In this document: positions 18,542 through 27,922 of the stretch, one piece after another
Layout: each line of letters opens with the position of its first letter
Position numbering within the stretch: position 1 is the first letter of the stretch
Virus record (IMG/VR): IMGVR_UViG_3300028043_000001
Coordinates: 52,437-116,436 of that record
Origin: a virus
DNA: 64,000 bases
Direction: 5' to 3' (one strand)
The notes under the pieces: model-generated
Told to the model about the DNA's origin: nothing
Database searches by the model: none
What the model saw: only the letters and a program-made list of their open reading frames with translations
Position numbers and translations under genes: made by a program

Positions 18542-19141
18542 ATGAAACCTTCCACAACGTGGAACCGTGGAATAGCTATAATTGGTGCTGAGGGAAGCGG
18601 AAAGACCACCCTAATTAATGCACTGGAGAAGAGGATTGAAGTACCTGTTATGAAGGAGTATGTGCGGGAAGTTATGAGAGAGCTTGGACACTCTTCTCCA
18701 GTGCAGTGTGATGACCTTGGACAAATGAAAGCTTTTCAAGACGCCCTTGCGCGGAAAAGGCGTGGGTTAGAGCTTTCCTTTCAAGGAGCCTTCTTATCAG
18801 ACCGCTCACCTGTCGACAGCTTTCTATATGCCCTAAGTGGCGTGGCAAGAGACCTTGAATCCCAAAGTTGGCTAAAGCAATACCACAGTGAGAGCTTGCG
18901 CCATACTATCGAGTCATATCAATTGCTAATTCTTGTACCGCACGGCAGGATTGGCGGAGAGATTGCATTTGATGGCGTTCGCAGCACTTTGTGGTTTAAT
19001 GCACTTATGATGCACTACCTATTTATTGGTGCCTTGCCAGAGTTTGGAGTTGACCACTACACTGTAAGATACACTGCTCTTGAAGATCGAGTCGAAGAGG
19101 TAATTTACGTTTTATATCAGCGTGGGCTCCTCCAACTGTGA
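18542..19141 (+). CDS. P-loop nucleotide kinase (AAA_28/NadR-like)
   Basis: GAEGSGKTT, EYVRE, SDRSPVD, DGVR. Confidence 0.8.
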   Translation: MKPSTTWNRGIAIIGAEGSGKTTLINALEKRIEVPVMKEYVREVMRELGHSSPVQCDDLGQMKAFQDALARKRRGLELSFQGAFLSDRSPVDSFLYALSGVARDLESQSWLKQYHSESLRHTIESYQLLILVPHGRIGGEIAFDGVRSTLWFNALMMHYLFIGALPEFGVDHYTVRYTALEDRVEEVIYVLYQRGLLQL

Positions 19142-21639
19142 GAGACCTCCTTTCAAAACCATTCAGTAAATTAAAGCGCGATGAGGTCCTTATACTTCGT
19201 CGTACTGCAGAGGAGAGGTTTGATTTTTTCAATGCGTATTTCCTTGACACTGCCTTACAACCTTTTCACCAAAAATGGGTTGAGTTCCAATTAGGCAACT
19301 CCCGAACTTTAATTCTTGGACCTCGCGCTTGTTGGAAGTGTGCTAGCGCAAACTCTTTAATTCCTACCACTGAAGGCTTGGCCTACTTCAAGGATTTTCT
19401 CCCAGTTCCCACGAAACTTCCTTTTGTTGAATCTGTGGACAATGTTGTGGGATCATGTTTAGGTCTCACAAAAGCAACCCGTTTATTCTGCAACGGCATC
19501 AGCGACGTCTTGGAGATTGTAACCGAAGATGGCTTCACTCTCCAAGTTACCCCCGAACATCGCCTTCTTGTATGGGATGGTGGACGTTTGGCCTTTAATA
19601 GTGCAGGAGCTCTTTCAGTTCACGACCAAATTCTTTTCCGTTGTGACTGGCGTTCATTTGCGGCAGCTGATATTAACCCCTTCAACGTACCTTCAGAACT
19701 TTGGTTTTCTGCTCTTGCTTACTTCTATGTGGCCTATCCCAACTGGCAGCAGATTTGGCAACAAAAACATCTCCGTAAGACAATCGCACGACCGCTATGG
19801 AAGCATTTCAAACATGCTCGTAAGGAGGTTTTACCCAAAGCTTTAGAGGACTTTCTTGATTCCTTCGGGTTTGGCTCCCATTTAATTCCCAAACCTTTGC
19901 GGTGGTGCACTGCAGAATCCGCGCGAGTTATAGCAGAAATGTTTTGGTGGCTCAACCAGTTCATCAAGTTTTCCGACGCCCAGGCTTGTGAAGTGCAAAA
20001 TTGGTTTCTTAACTTGGGACTACCTTTACGTCGAGTAGGGCCTACTCTAACTCATATGAATGCTAGCCTACGAAACCACTTCCACCAGTTCCTCAGGGGA
20101 ACTTACGAGTTCAAGTACTCTGAAGAACAGATAATCGAACTTGCCGGGTTAACGTTTTTGGAGGTAACGTGTTCTTCATTTGTTCCCCCCTTACTAAAAT
20201 TTAAAGCTTTGCAAATGGGCAGAAAGGGATTCACCAACAAACCTACTCTGGCAACACAATTTGTTGGAGAGTTTCTGCAGCACGCTCCTAAGTTACGGCG
20301 CTTTGCTTTCATGTTTCGATTCCCCTTCTTTCTGCAAAGGGTTGCACACGTAGGTGAGTTTGAAACACTCACCCTCGATTTTACAACGACTGAGGGCAAC
20401 TACCTAATCAACGGCGCAGTAGGTCATAATTCAACAGTATGCGGCAAGAATTATGGAATTTGGCGTGCTTTAAAAAACCCCAATATTCGAATCGGTATAA
20501 TTTCTAAATCCTCTTTACTGTCGTCAATGTTTGTAAGTCAGATTAAGCATATTCTTGAGACTAACAGTAGAATCAATTACGTATGGAGTGATCTAATTCA
20601 GCCTAAAAAGGCCCAGAAGTGGAATAATAGTGAGGTGACCCTAATACGTCCAATGTCCCTAGCAAACGCGACATTCACTGCTATGGGAGTTGGTACTTCC
20701 TTAGCGGGGCATCATTTTGACATCCTTATCTTTGATGATGTGGTCGACACTGACCATCAGATGTCTCCCTCCTTACGCAAACGGCTATGGGATTGGTTTC
20801 GTTTCGTCGCGATGCAGACTCTGAGCGTGGCCGAAGAAACCCAGGCCCACATTATTGGCACGTTATATCATCCCGATGATCTCTATCACCATATTATTAG
20901 GTTTGAGCGTGAAGGTCGAGGCAGTTGGAGCAGCTTAGTGCAGCCCGCGATAAACGAAGATGGTACCTCGTTTTGGGAGGAGATGTTTCCTTTAAGTGCT
21001 CTACAAGAAATTGAGGCAACATACGGCCACGACGTTTTCCAGCTTCAGTACCAAAACGACCCCGACTTTGGCTCAAGTGGTATTACTTGGGATATGTTTG
21101 AGGCCAATTACTACGAGCCCGAAAACATCAACCCCGACCTTTTGGAGGTTGTCATCGGAGTTGATCTCGCAGCCCCCGAAGCTGAACGGCGCCACAAGCA
21201 AAGTTCTTTTGCAATTGTAGTGGCAGGTTTAGAGAGACAAACCAACAAGATTTTTGTGCTTGATATTTTAAAACGAACGAGTGTTCGGATGGCTGATCAG
21301 CGGGCGTTTATTGAAAATTTCTATTCGCGTTATCGACACACGTCAACCATTCAAATTGAAGCCTATGCCGTGCAAAGTTACTTTCATGAATATTTGGGAG
21401 AATCTGAAATCGTGTTACCCTATGCGAAGGTGCAAACTGGAGGCTCAAAGGAGGCTCGGTTTGATCATGTCCTTAACCTTTTAGCCTCGAATCGCCTCTA
21501 TTTTCGTGCACACCTACACAACGAGCTCCTAGAGGAGATAATCAACTTTCCTAATACAAGCGCCGATTTAATCGACTCTTTATACCTAGCTATCAAGGGT
21601 TTTCATCGAGAACCTAAATTAAGGTTTTTGAATTGGTAG
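19138..21639 (+). CDS. terL: Terminase large subunit containing an intein
   Basis: Walker A split by the intein, G.HFDILIFDD, IIGT.YH.DD, QYQN.P, GVDLA nuclease motif, IE....Q, D..D. Confidence 0.92.
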   Translation: MRDLLSKPFSKLKRDEVLILRRTAEERFDFFNAYFLDTALQPFHQKWVEFQLGNSRTLILGPRACWKCASANSLIPTTEGLAYFKDFLPVPTKLPFVESVDNVVGSCLGLTKATRLFCNGISDVLEIVTEDGFTLQVTPEHRLLVWDGGRLAFNSAGALSVHDQILFRCDWRSFAAADINPFNVPSELWFSALAYFYVAYPNWQQIWQQKHLRKTIARPLWKHFKHARKEVLPKALEDFLDSFGFGSHLIPKPLRWCTAESARVIAEMFWWLNQFIKFSDAQACEVQNWFLNLGLPLRRVGPTLTHMNASLRNHFHQFLRGTYEFKYSEEQIIELAGLTFLEVTCSSFVPPLLKFKALQMGRKGFTNKPTLATQFVGEFLQHAPKLRRFAFMFRFPFFLQRVAHVGEFETLTLDFTTTEGNYLINGAVGHNSTVCGKNYGIWRALKNPNIRIGIISKSSLLSSMFVSQIKHILETNSRINYVWSDLIQPKKAQKWNNSEVTLIRPMSLANATFTAMGVGTSLAGHHFDILIFDDVVDTDHQMSPSLRKRLWDWFRFVAMQTLSVAEETQAHIIGTLYHPDDLYHHIIRFEREGRGSWSSLVQPAINEDGTSFWEEMFPLSALQEIEATYGHDVFQLQYQNDPDFGSSGITWDMFEANYYEPENINPDLLEVVIGVDLAAPEAERRHKQSSFAIVVAGLERQTNKIFVLDILKRTSVRMADQRAFIENFYSRYRHTSTIQIEAYAVQSYFHEYLGESEIVLPYAKVQTGGSKEARFDHVLNLLASNRLYFRAHLHNELLEEIINFPNTSADLIDSLYLAIKGFHREPKLRFLNW
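19339..20430 (+). mobile_element. Intein (364 aa) in the TerL Walker A, with a degenerate endonuclease region
   Basis: Starts with C (CASANSLI), block B VTPEHRL, ends NYLINGAVGHN followed by Ser+1. Confidence 0.9.
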
Positions 21640-21641
21640 GC

Positions 21642-22061
21642 CTACGAAAGGGTTAGTATTTCAGAAGCAGCTTGAAAAATGAAGTCACTAACGTAGCTTG
21701 ATTTCTGGGCATTGAAGTCAAAGTAGTTAACCAACCACGCCTGGGTTGGATCGGAGCTAACTTTGTAAATCACCGCGCCTGACGCTGTAATGGTGCTATT
21801 AATCCAAGTCGCCTCGTTGGACCATAACCTCGCCTCATTGTTTACCAGATCTATCATCACTGTCACCCCAGTTAGTAATTGCCCGCCCGCTGAATAGCCT
21901 AAACCGGTCACTTCATTACTTATATTAACATAAGAGTGGTGGCTATCTTTGTCTGGAGTGTACAGACTTGACACCAACATTACCTTGAACGAGTCCGTAG
22001 CAAAATTTATTGCCCCGGTCATCACCTTTTCTTTGAAGATGTTATAGATTGTGTGAGCCAT
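21642..22061 (-). CDS. Probable virion structural protein, the only convincing minus-strand gene
   Basis: TDSFKVMLVSS.YTPD...NEVTG.GYSAGG...ITASGAVIY pattern, typical of small phage virion proteins. Confidence 0.7.
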   Translation of the reverse strand: MAHTIYNIFKEKVMTGAINFATDSFKVMLVSSLYTPDKDSHHSYVNISNEVTGLGYSAGGQLLTGVTVMIDLVNNEARLWSNEATWINSTITASGAVIYKVSSDPTQAWLVNYFDFNAQKSSYVSDFIFQAASEILTLS

Positions 22062-22145
22062 CTCTATCTTATTTTGACCTCTAAGTTACTGGTTATCTCT
22101 CGAATCGTTTTAAACAAATTTGTTACAGGGGTCTGTTGGAAGGCA

Positions 22146-23459
22146 ATGGGGAAACTCCTCACTCTAGTTAAACACTTACAACCAGCTCAAAAGAAGATCG
22201 AAGTTCCGCTTTCTGTGGATACTACTCCCAAGGATTCAGAAAGCCGTTCGATGTATTGGCAGTTTTATCAACCACCTAGGAACTTCCAAACCATGCTTCA
22301 AGCCTACATGGTAAACCCTTGGGTTTATTCTGCAATCTACTTGATCGCCAATACTGCTTCAACCGTCCCCTTCAACATTTACACGAAACAAACGCAGCGA
22401 CTCGCTGACAAGGATCACTACCTTTGGAAGATTTTTGAGCAGCCCAATCCTCACATGACCTTCACAGATCTGCTCGAAGCTACCTTTATTTACATGGAGC
22501 TCATAGGCAATGCTTTTTGGGAGATTGTCATGAATGCGGATGGGTTTGTAAAAAATCTTTACCTTCTCGATCCCTGCAAAATGAGGATCGTTCCTCACCC
22601 CGACTACTATGTTATGGCTTATGAGTATCTCGTGGGGGACAAAAAGATTGTCTACAAGCCGTGGGAGATCGTTCACTTCAAATATTTCAATCCCTCCAAT
22701 GAATATTGGGGAACTGGGAGCTTGCAACCAGTTTGGGATCAAATAATCTTGGACGGTAAATCCACTGACTATAATGCTCGATTTTTCGAGAACGATGCAA
22801 CGCCTGGAGGCGTAATAACATCACCTAGACCAATTTCCGATTCAGTGTGGAATCAACTCGTTGGACGCTGGACAGGACGACATGAAGGCGTGAGAAAATC
22901 TCATAAAGTTGCGGTACTCGACGACGGCATGAAATTTGAAACCATTTCATCCACCCCCAAAGAGGCCTCATTTCCTGAGCTTAAGAAAATCGTTCGAGAC
23001 ACCATTTTTGTCGGCCTTGGCGTGCCTCCGACTTTAGCTGGAGTACCAGACGTAGCAAATTACTCAACGGCGCGAGTTGCCCAGAGTATTTTTTATGATA
23101 GTACAATTGCACCCAAGTTGCGCAAGGTCGCTGACTTAATCGACCAAAAAGTCATTGAGCCCCAGGATCCTACGTTGATGGGGGCCTTTGACACATCAAT
23201 TGCCCCCATCAACATTGTCAAGCTGTCGGCGAACTCTCGTATTATTTCTCGTCTGGTGCAAGCAAAACTTATCACCTCTGATGAAGCAAGAGCCCTTTTG
23301 GGTTTGCCTCCTTTAAAAGAGGAGGAGAAACCTCCCAAAGAGAAGCCCAGATTTTCACCTAACACTCCAGATGCGATGGGTGAATCTGAATCTACGGGTG
23401 AAGGAGAGGAAGAAGGTGATAAGGGGGATAAAGGACTTTTCACTAGGTCTGGGAGATGA
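22146..23459 (+). CDS. Portal protein, HK97 family
   Basis: NPWVY.AI, PNP.MT, GNAFW, EIVHFK..NP...YWG, FFEN.ATPGG, GVPP, NYS. Confidence 0.95.
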   Translation: MGKLLTLVKHLQPAQKKIEVPLSVDTTPKDSESRSMYWQFYQPPRNFQTMLQAYMVNPWVYSAIYLIANTASTVPFNIYTKQTQRLADKDHYLWKIFEQPNPHMTFTDLLEATFIYMELIGNAFWEIVMNADGFVKNLYLLDPCKMRIVPHPDYYVMAYEYLVGDKKIVYKPWEIVHFKYFNPSNEYWGTGSLQPVWDQIILDGKSTDYNARFFENDATPGGVITSPRPISDSVWNQLVGRWTGRHEGVRKSHKVAVLDDGMKFETISSTPKEASFPELKKIVRDTIFVGLGVPPTLAGVPDVANYSTARVAQSIFYDSTIAPKLRKVADLIDQKVIEPQDPTLMGAFDTSIAPINIVKLSANSRIISRLVQAKLITSDEARALLGLPPLKEEEKPPKEKPRFSPNTPDAMGESESTGEGEEEGDKGDKGLFTRSGR

Positions 23460-24586
23460 ACTTACAGCAACTAAACCCTAAAACCGTTAGAACTATTAAT
23501 GACCACGAACTGCAAAATTTACACTTCCGGTTACATCAACTGGCTTCACCTTATCTTCGCGAAAACGCTTTTCAGAATCCCAAATTCCAGTCCATCGTTC
23601 TTAGGCACCGCCTCATCGCCTTTGAGATTATCCGCAGGGGTTTGCGGTTTAAAGTACATGATGAGCTTGATCGTAAAGCCCTGCCAGAAATTGAGTCGTT
23701 TGTAGAACGCTTCTCTAAACTCATCCCCGGAAAGTTATCTGATCTGTCCAAACTGGAGCTCATACGTCTGCACAATCAACTACACAGCGTATGGAGTGTC
23801 GTGCACGCTCAGCAAGTAACCACCACTCAGCAAGAGCAATTGTTCAACTGGCACCGGATGTTGCAAAGAGAAATTGAGCGTCGCGACATCGAACATCCGA
23901 CTAATTGGGATTCCCTAGACCGCCCACTAGGTCAAGCGATTAGCAGCCTCTCTAGGACTCAAGCTTCAGGGCAGGAGATGGGCGAGTGGCTTTTCATAGA
24001 AGACCTCCTGCCCCTCATTCCCGAGGTTTTGCCAATTAAAAAAGGCATCGTTCTCATTGACGAAGAAAAAGGAAAGGTTTATTTATCCAATATAGGGGGC
24101 AGGCAACTTATAAAAGTTATGTATTTCCGGATTCTGCGCCAATTCCCTCGTTCGGAGTGGTCGCGCTTTAAACCAGTGAGCTTAGATGAATTGGGTGCGG
24201 TCGATATTTCGTACGATTTAATTATGAAGAAGCTCGACCCTTTATGGACTGTGCAGCTAAGTTTTAATTTTGAGGACTTGTGTCTTGTTAAGCCCTTTCT
24301 CTTTATTGTGGGAGGCATTGCGACCCAAGGAAGTTCGAAAAACGACATCGACATCCTTCTTCGCCAGGGCTTGGAAGAGTCCTTCGAGCAGCAAATTTAC
24401 CTAACGTTTATCAATGCCTTCCCCGAAAAATATCGTCCCCGCTTCACCAGAGTTGAAGATTCGGGGCTTTCACCTTTTACGAGCTACATTGGCGTCTATT
24501 CTTTAGAACTCGTAAAAGGAGATCCCAGTCAAATTGAAGATGATAAAGAGGAGCTAGTAGAGGATAATGAAGAGCAGACAGTCTAA
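23456..24586 (+). CDS. Protein with helical His-rich repeats and a C-terminal Pol-beta-superfamily nucleotidyltransferase domain
   Basis: IVGGIATQG.S.NDIDILL (G-[GS]...DxD). Two repeats EL..LH..LH. Confidence 0.65.
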   Translation: MNLQQLNPKTVRTINDHELQNLHFRLHQLASPYLRENAFQNPKFQSIVLRHRLIAFEIIRRGLRFKVHDELDRKALPEIESFVERFSKLIPGKLSDLSKLELIRLHNQLHSVWSVVHAQQVTTTQQEQLFNWHRMLQREIERRDIEHPTNWDSLDRPLGQAISSLSRTQASGQEMGEWLFIEDLLPLIPEVLPIKKGIVLIDEEKGKVYLSNIGGRQLIKVMYFRILRQFPRSEWSRFKPVSLDELGAVDISYDLIMKKLDPLWTVQLSFNFEDLCLVKPFLFIVGGIATQGSSKNDIDILLRQGLEESFEQQIYLTFINAFPEKYRPRFTRVEDSGLSPFTSYIGVYSLELVKGDPSQIEDDKEELVEDNEEQTV

Positions 24587-27215
24587 CGTTACCGACGCTC
24601 AAAGGCAGGCACGGGCCGACAAGCTGCTTGGGCCCGGCTTTTTCTTTTTTCCTCCGAAAACCTCCCTTTCTATAGTTTCCTACCGTAAAGCTGAAACATT
24701 TTCAGTAGAGCAGACCCTTGAATATCTGCAGCGGTGGTCTACGGCGCAGCCTGATTTAAAGATCAGCGTGCAGCTAAAATATGATGGCATTTCATGTTAC
24801 TTACATCGTACAGCCGACGAGGATTTTTTTGTCTTCACTGATGATGGTACTGATGTGACCGACAGAGTGCCTCATTTAATAGAGAAAGCAAAGGAGCAGC
24901 TACCCAAAACGGACTACATCGTATTGGGCGAGATTGAAAAGTGGATCACCCAAGGTAATAAAAGAGTTCACCAAGGTCGCGAGTATGTTGCCGGGGAAAT
25001 CCATGCCGCGGGACCCCCGAAGGATCGAGCCTATGTTTGGAATGTGTACGATTTACTTTGGTTTAATGGTAAAGATTTACACAACCTTGAATACCAACAA
25101 CGGTTCGAAACCCTACAGAAGGAATTTCATTTCGATCAGTCCCTTCTCACCAGCATGCAGCCTGGATTTAATTTAGCTCCTAATTCAATTTGTGAGACTG
25201 ACGAGGAGATACGCAAGGCCCTGAAAGCCATGGTCGCTTTTGAGTTCTCTGAGGGAGCCATGGTTAAGAAGTGGAATGGCTTTAAATTTGAGCTTGACGG
25301 TCGCACCAATGACGTCCTAAAATTTAAAAAATACGCTGAAGCTCATCTGTGGGTGGTCGACAAACGCACTATCAGTGGTGCCGAGAAAACTTTTCAATAT
25401 AAGGTAGCCATCGAGGTCCTACCCTCGGAGATGGAAGATGTTGATGAATCTGCAGTTATCAGTTTTCGGCGTCGTAAGGCGATGATCGTAGCAAAAACTT
25501 TCAACACTAATGTGGTTGCTAATGTTGGTGATATTTTGACCGTGCAATTCCACAACGTTTTTGCTACACGAACTGAAAGCGGCAAAATAAAACTAACTTT
25601 GTATGAGCCGAAAGTTTATGAAAATCGGACGCTCCGTGGTGTCTCTGAAGACCCTGACACTGTGACTACCTTAATTAAGATTGGCCGCGATGCTCAACTA
25701 TTCCGCTATAAACACCACGACGATGAGTTTCTGCCCTTCGAGTTGGTAAAACAGGTTGGCATCTTCCAACAATACCCAGCTGAAGGTAGAATGTATCCTT
25801 TCATTATTCATAACCACTGGCGTGGCAAGTCGGTGCATGCTGATTTGCGGCTTTCTCATGTTAACCGCCAGTACTTAATTGGCTACACTCTGGACGTTCA
25901 AGTACCCGATATCGTCCGCGACCCCGTACTTAATATGGACAGAGCTCGCGAGATGACCAAAAAGGACGAGCTGTGGAAATTCAATGCCTTTGATGGAACT
26001 TTCAAATCCCGACAAACTCGTGTGGGCATGAAAAAAGCTACCTCCGTTTTGGTGCAACTAAAAGCTCCGGAGCCTAATGAGTGGCTCAGTTTTGAGGGCG
26101 TGTCCGAAAGGGGCTCTGTTGGTTCAACAAGGGACTACCCCGGAGTCTTTTTGATTGTTGCTAAAGGTAACGTCGAGTATGGCTTCAGGTCAGGATATTT
26201 TCACGAATATTGGTTTCATTGTGAGCAGTGGCCGAACGGTGGGATGCGCCTTTTGTTCAGGGAACTTGCCTCAGATATTACTGCAAGCATCCCAGTTAGC
26301 AAGTTTTTGCAGTGGGCCTTTGATGTCGACAACCCTATTACTGATTTCCAATACGGTGATCACTCCATTGTTTGTGATTTAGGCGAGGTGCTGTTGCCTG
26401 AACAGCTGCAGCTCGACTTTGGGGATTCTTTGTCACTCGCCCTAGCACCAGCTGAAAAACCCGAGTTGCGCACTCCGACTATGTGGATGCTTATTAAACC
26501 TAACACCGACGAACCTTACGTCTTATCGCAGCGCGCTGCCACCAAAGGAAGGATGCCCCCATTTGGCATTTCTGCTCTTCCCAAAACTATTAAAGATCAA
26601 ATCCCCGCTGAGTTTGCCTATTGGACAATAAAAGAATCAAAAAAGGCCCTTGAAGTGAGAAACTCATTAATTGCAGCCATTAAGAAGAAGAAGGTGAAAC
26701 TTGATTTTACCGTGTTTAAAAGCTTTAAATCGACAGGGGAAGAGCAAGCAATTGAAACCTCAGTTGAAGTTGAGCGTGAATTTATTTTAAATCGTCGCAC
26801 TTGGCGAGGACCAATTGTAGTCAGACTAGGCTATAGTGGTGAATTATACGACTTGTGGATTGCAACAGGCGAGGGAGCTACGCTGTTCACTTTTAGTGAC
26901 GATCCTCGTGAGGCTACTGAGATAACTGGTACTGCCGAGAAGTTTAGTGATAAGATTTTAATGGCAGCCGTTGGTGAGCTGCTTCCTGGGTCACGACTCA
27001 ACCCCAACAAAAGGATTCCAGTTAAAGTAGTGAGATTAGAAAAAGGAAAACTTTTGCTGTTTGTTGATGACCCCAACCTCAAAAAGTTTCAGGTTAAATC
27101 AAAAAACTGGCAAGGTGTTTACTTACTCGAGCAAGATGAAGACTCGAAAATCTGGACTCTAAGGGTTGCAGAAGCTGCTATACAACCCGTCGATTCTCAA
27201 GGAGTGGGTAGATAG
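24567..27215 (+). CDS. ATP-dependent DNA ligase plus OB domain fused to LigD-type 3'-phosphoesterase-like domain(s)
   Basis: KYDG adenylation motif, LGEI, VYDLL, EGAMVK, KFK. HNHWRGKSVHADLRL and WLSFEG at about 25800-26170. Confidence 0.85.
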   Translation: MKSRQSNVTDAQRQARADKLLGPGFFFFPPKTSLSIVSYRKAETFSVEQTLEYLQRWSTAQPDLKISVQLKYDGISCYLHRTADEDFFVFTDDGTDVTDRVPHLIEKAKEQLPKTDYIVLGEIEKWITQGNKRVHQGREYVAGEIHAAGPPKDRAYVWNVYDLLWFNGKDLHNLEYQQRFETLQKEFHFDQSLLTSMQPGFNLAPNSICETDEEIRKALKAMVAFEFSEGAMVKKWNGFKFELDGRTNDVLKFKKYAEAHLWVVDKRTISGAEKTFQYKVAIEVLPSEMEDVDESAVISFRRRKAMIVAKTFNTNVVANVGDILTVQFHNVFATRTESGKIKLTLYEPKVYENRTLRGVSEDPDTVTTLIKIGRDAQLFRYKHHDDEFLPFELVKQVGIFQQYPAEGRMYPFIIHNHWRGKSVHADLRLSHVNRQYLIGYTLDVQVPDIVRDPVLNMDRAREMTKKDELWKFNAFDGTFKSRQTRVGMKKATSVLVQLKAPEPNEWLSFEGVSERGSVGSTRDYPGVFLIVAKGNVEYGFRSGYFHEYWFHCEQWPNGGMRLLFRELASDITASIPVSKFLQWAFDVDNPITDFQYGDHSIVCDLGEVLLPEQLQLDFGDSLSLALAPAEKPELRTPTMWMLIKPNTDEPYVLSQRAATKGRMPPFGISALPKTIKDQIPAEFAYWTIKESKKALEVRNSLIAAIKKKKVKLDFTVFKSFKSTGEEQAIETSVEVEREFILNRRTWRGPIVVRLGYSGELYDLWIATGEGATLFTFSDDPREATEITGTAEKFSDKILMAAVGELLPGSRLNPNKRIPVKVVRLEKGKLLLFVDDPNLKKFQVKSKNWQGVYLLEQDEDSKIWTLRVAEAAIQPVDSQGVGR

Positions 27216-27218
27216 TAA

Positions 27219-27533
27219 TTGAGTGAAGGCCGCGTCCCCGTTTCGTTTGAGAAACTCACAATCTCTACATCAGCAGTGATGCTCACTTCCAGTTTGCTTC
27301 ATCCCACCCCTGGGCAAAGCGGCGCAGGTAATGCAGCTTGCTTAGCGTTCATGACCGTTGAGGGTGGTAGCATTCGATTTCGCGTTGATGGAGGTTCCCC
27401 AACTACCGCAGATGGACATTTAGTGCTCGACGGCGGCAGCGTTGAAATCGAGACAATTCAGGCACTAGAGAAGTTTAAAGCAATTAGGGCGGCGAACAAA
27501 AATGCCACCCTTTTTGTGACGTACTTCTTTTAA
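27219..27533 (+). CDS. Small beta-rich putative virion protein
   Basis: VEGGSIRFRVDG..PT...GH pattern. Located in the head module. Confidence 0.6.
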   Translation: MSEGRVPVSFEKLTISTSAVMLTSSLLHPTPGQSGAGNAACLAFMTVEGGSIRFRVDGGSPTTADGHLVLDGGSVEIETIQALEKFKAIRAANKNATLFVTYFF

Positions 27534-27541
27534 GAGGGTTT

Positions 27542-27922
27542 ATGGCAATTCGAATCTACAATCCCCCATCGTACGAAGTGGAATTTACACACACTATGTA
27601 CGTACCTCCTGGCACGACGGTGAGCGAAAGCATTCCAGGTCACGTTAATCGGGGCATTGCTTCAGCACTTGATGTTGAAGAAGTTGGAGGTGAAGTTTCG
27701 GGCAATTATGATTTTGACCTTTACCACGCAAACACTTTTGTAGAAGATGATTTAGCCTATAGAGCTTTGAATATCGATCCTGCGGCAGCCTATGTTGATC
27801 GGCTGCCTTTTCAAGTTAAGGACAAAGACGAAGCCTCTGAAGCTCATATTCGTATTCGGAACCTAGATGCAACAAAAGGAGCTACATTCAACATCACAAT
27901 GAGAACGGAGAAGTTTAGATAA
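27542..27922 (+). CDS. Putative virion protein
   Basis: Beta-rich ORF with RBS. Confidence 0.55.
   Translation: MAIRIYNPPSYEVEFTHTMYVPPGTTVSESIPGHVNRGIASALDVEEVGGEVSGNYDFDLYHANTFVEDDLAYRALNIDPAAAYVDRLPFQVKDKDEASEAHIRIRNLDATKGATFNITMRTEKFR

Noticed and set aside
21636-21645. Palindrome GTAGGCCTAC as a recombination or inversion site
   Set aside because: It arises from two convergent TAG stops, and I found no matching site at the other end of the inverted gene.
22053-22145. Longer portal N-terminus from the ORF track
   Set aside because: It overlaps the divergent gene start. ATG 22146, preceded by GGAAGG, is the more plausible start.
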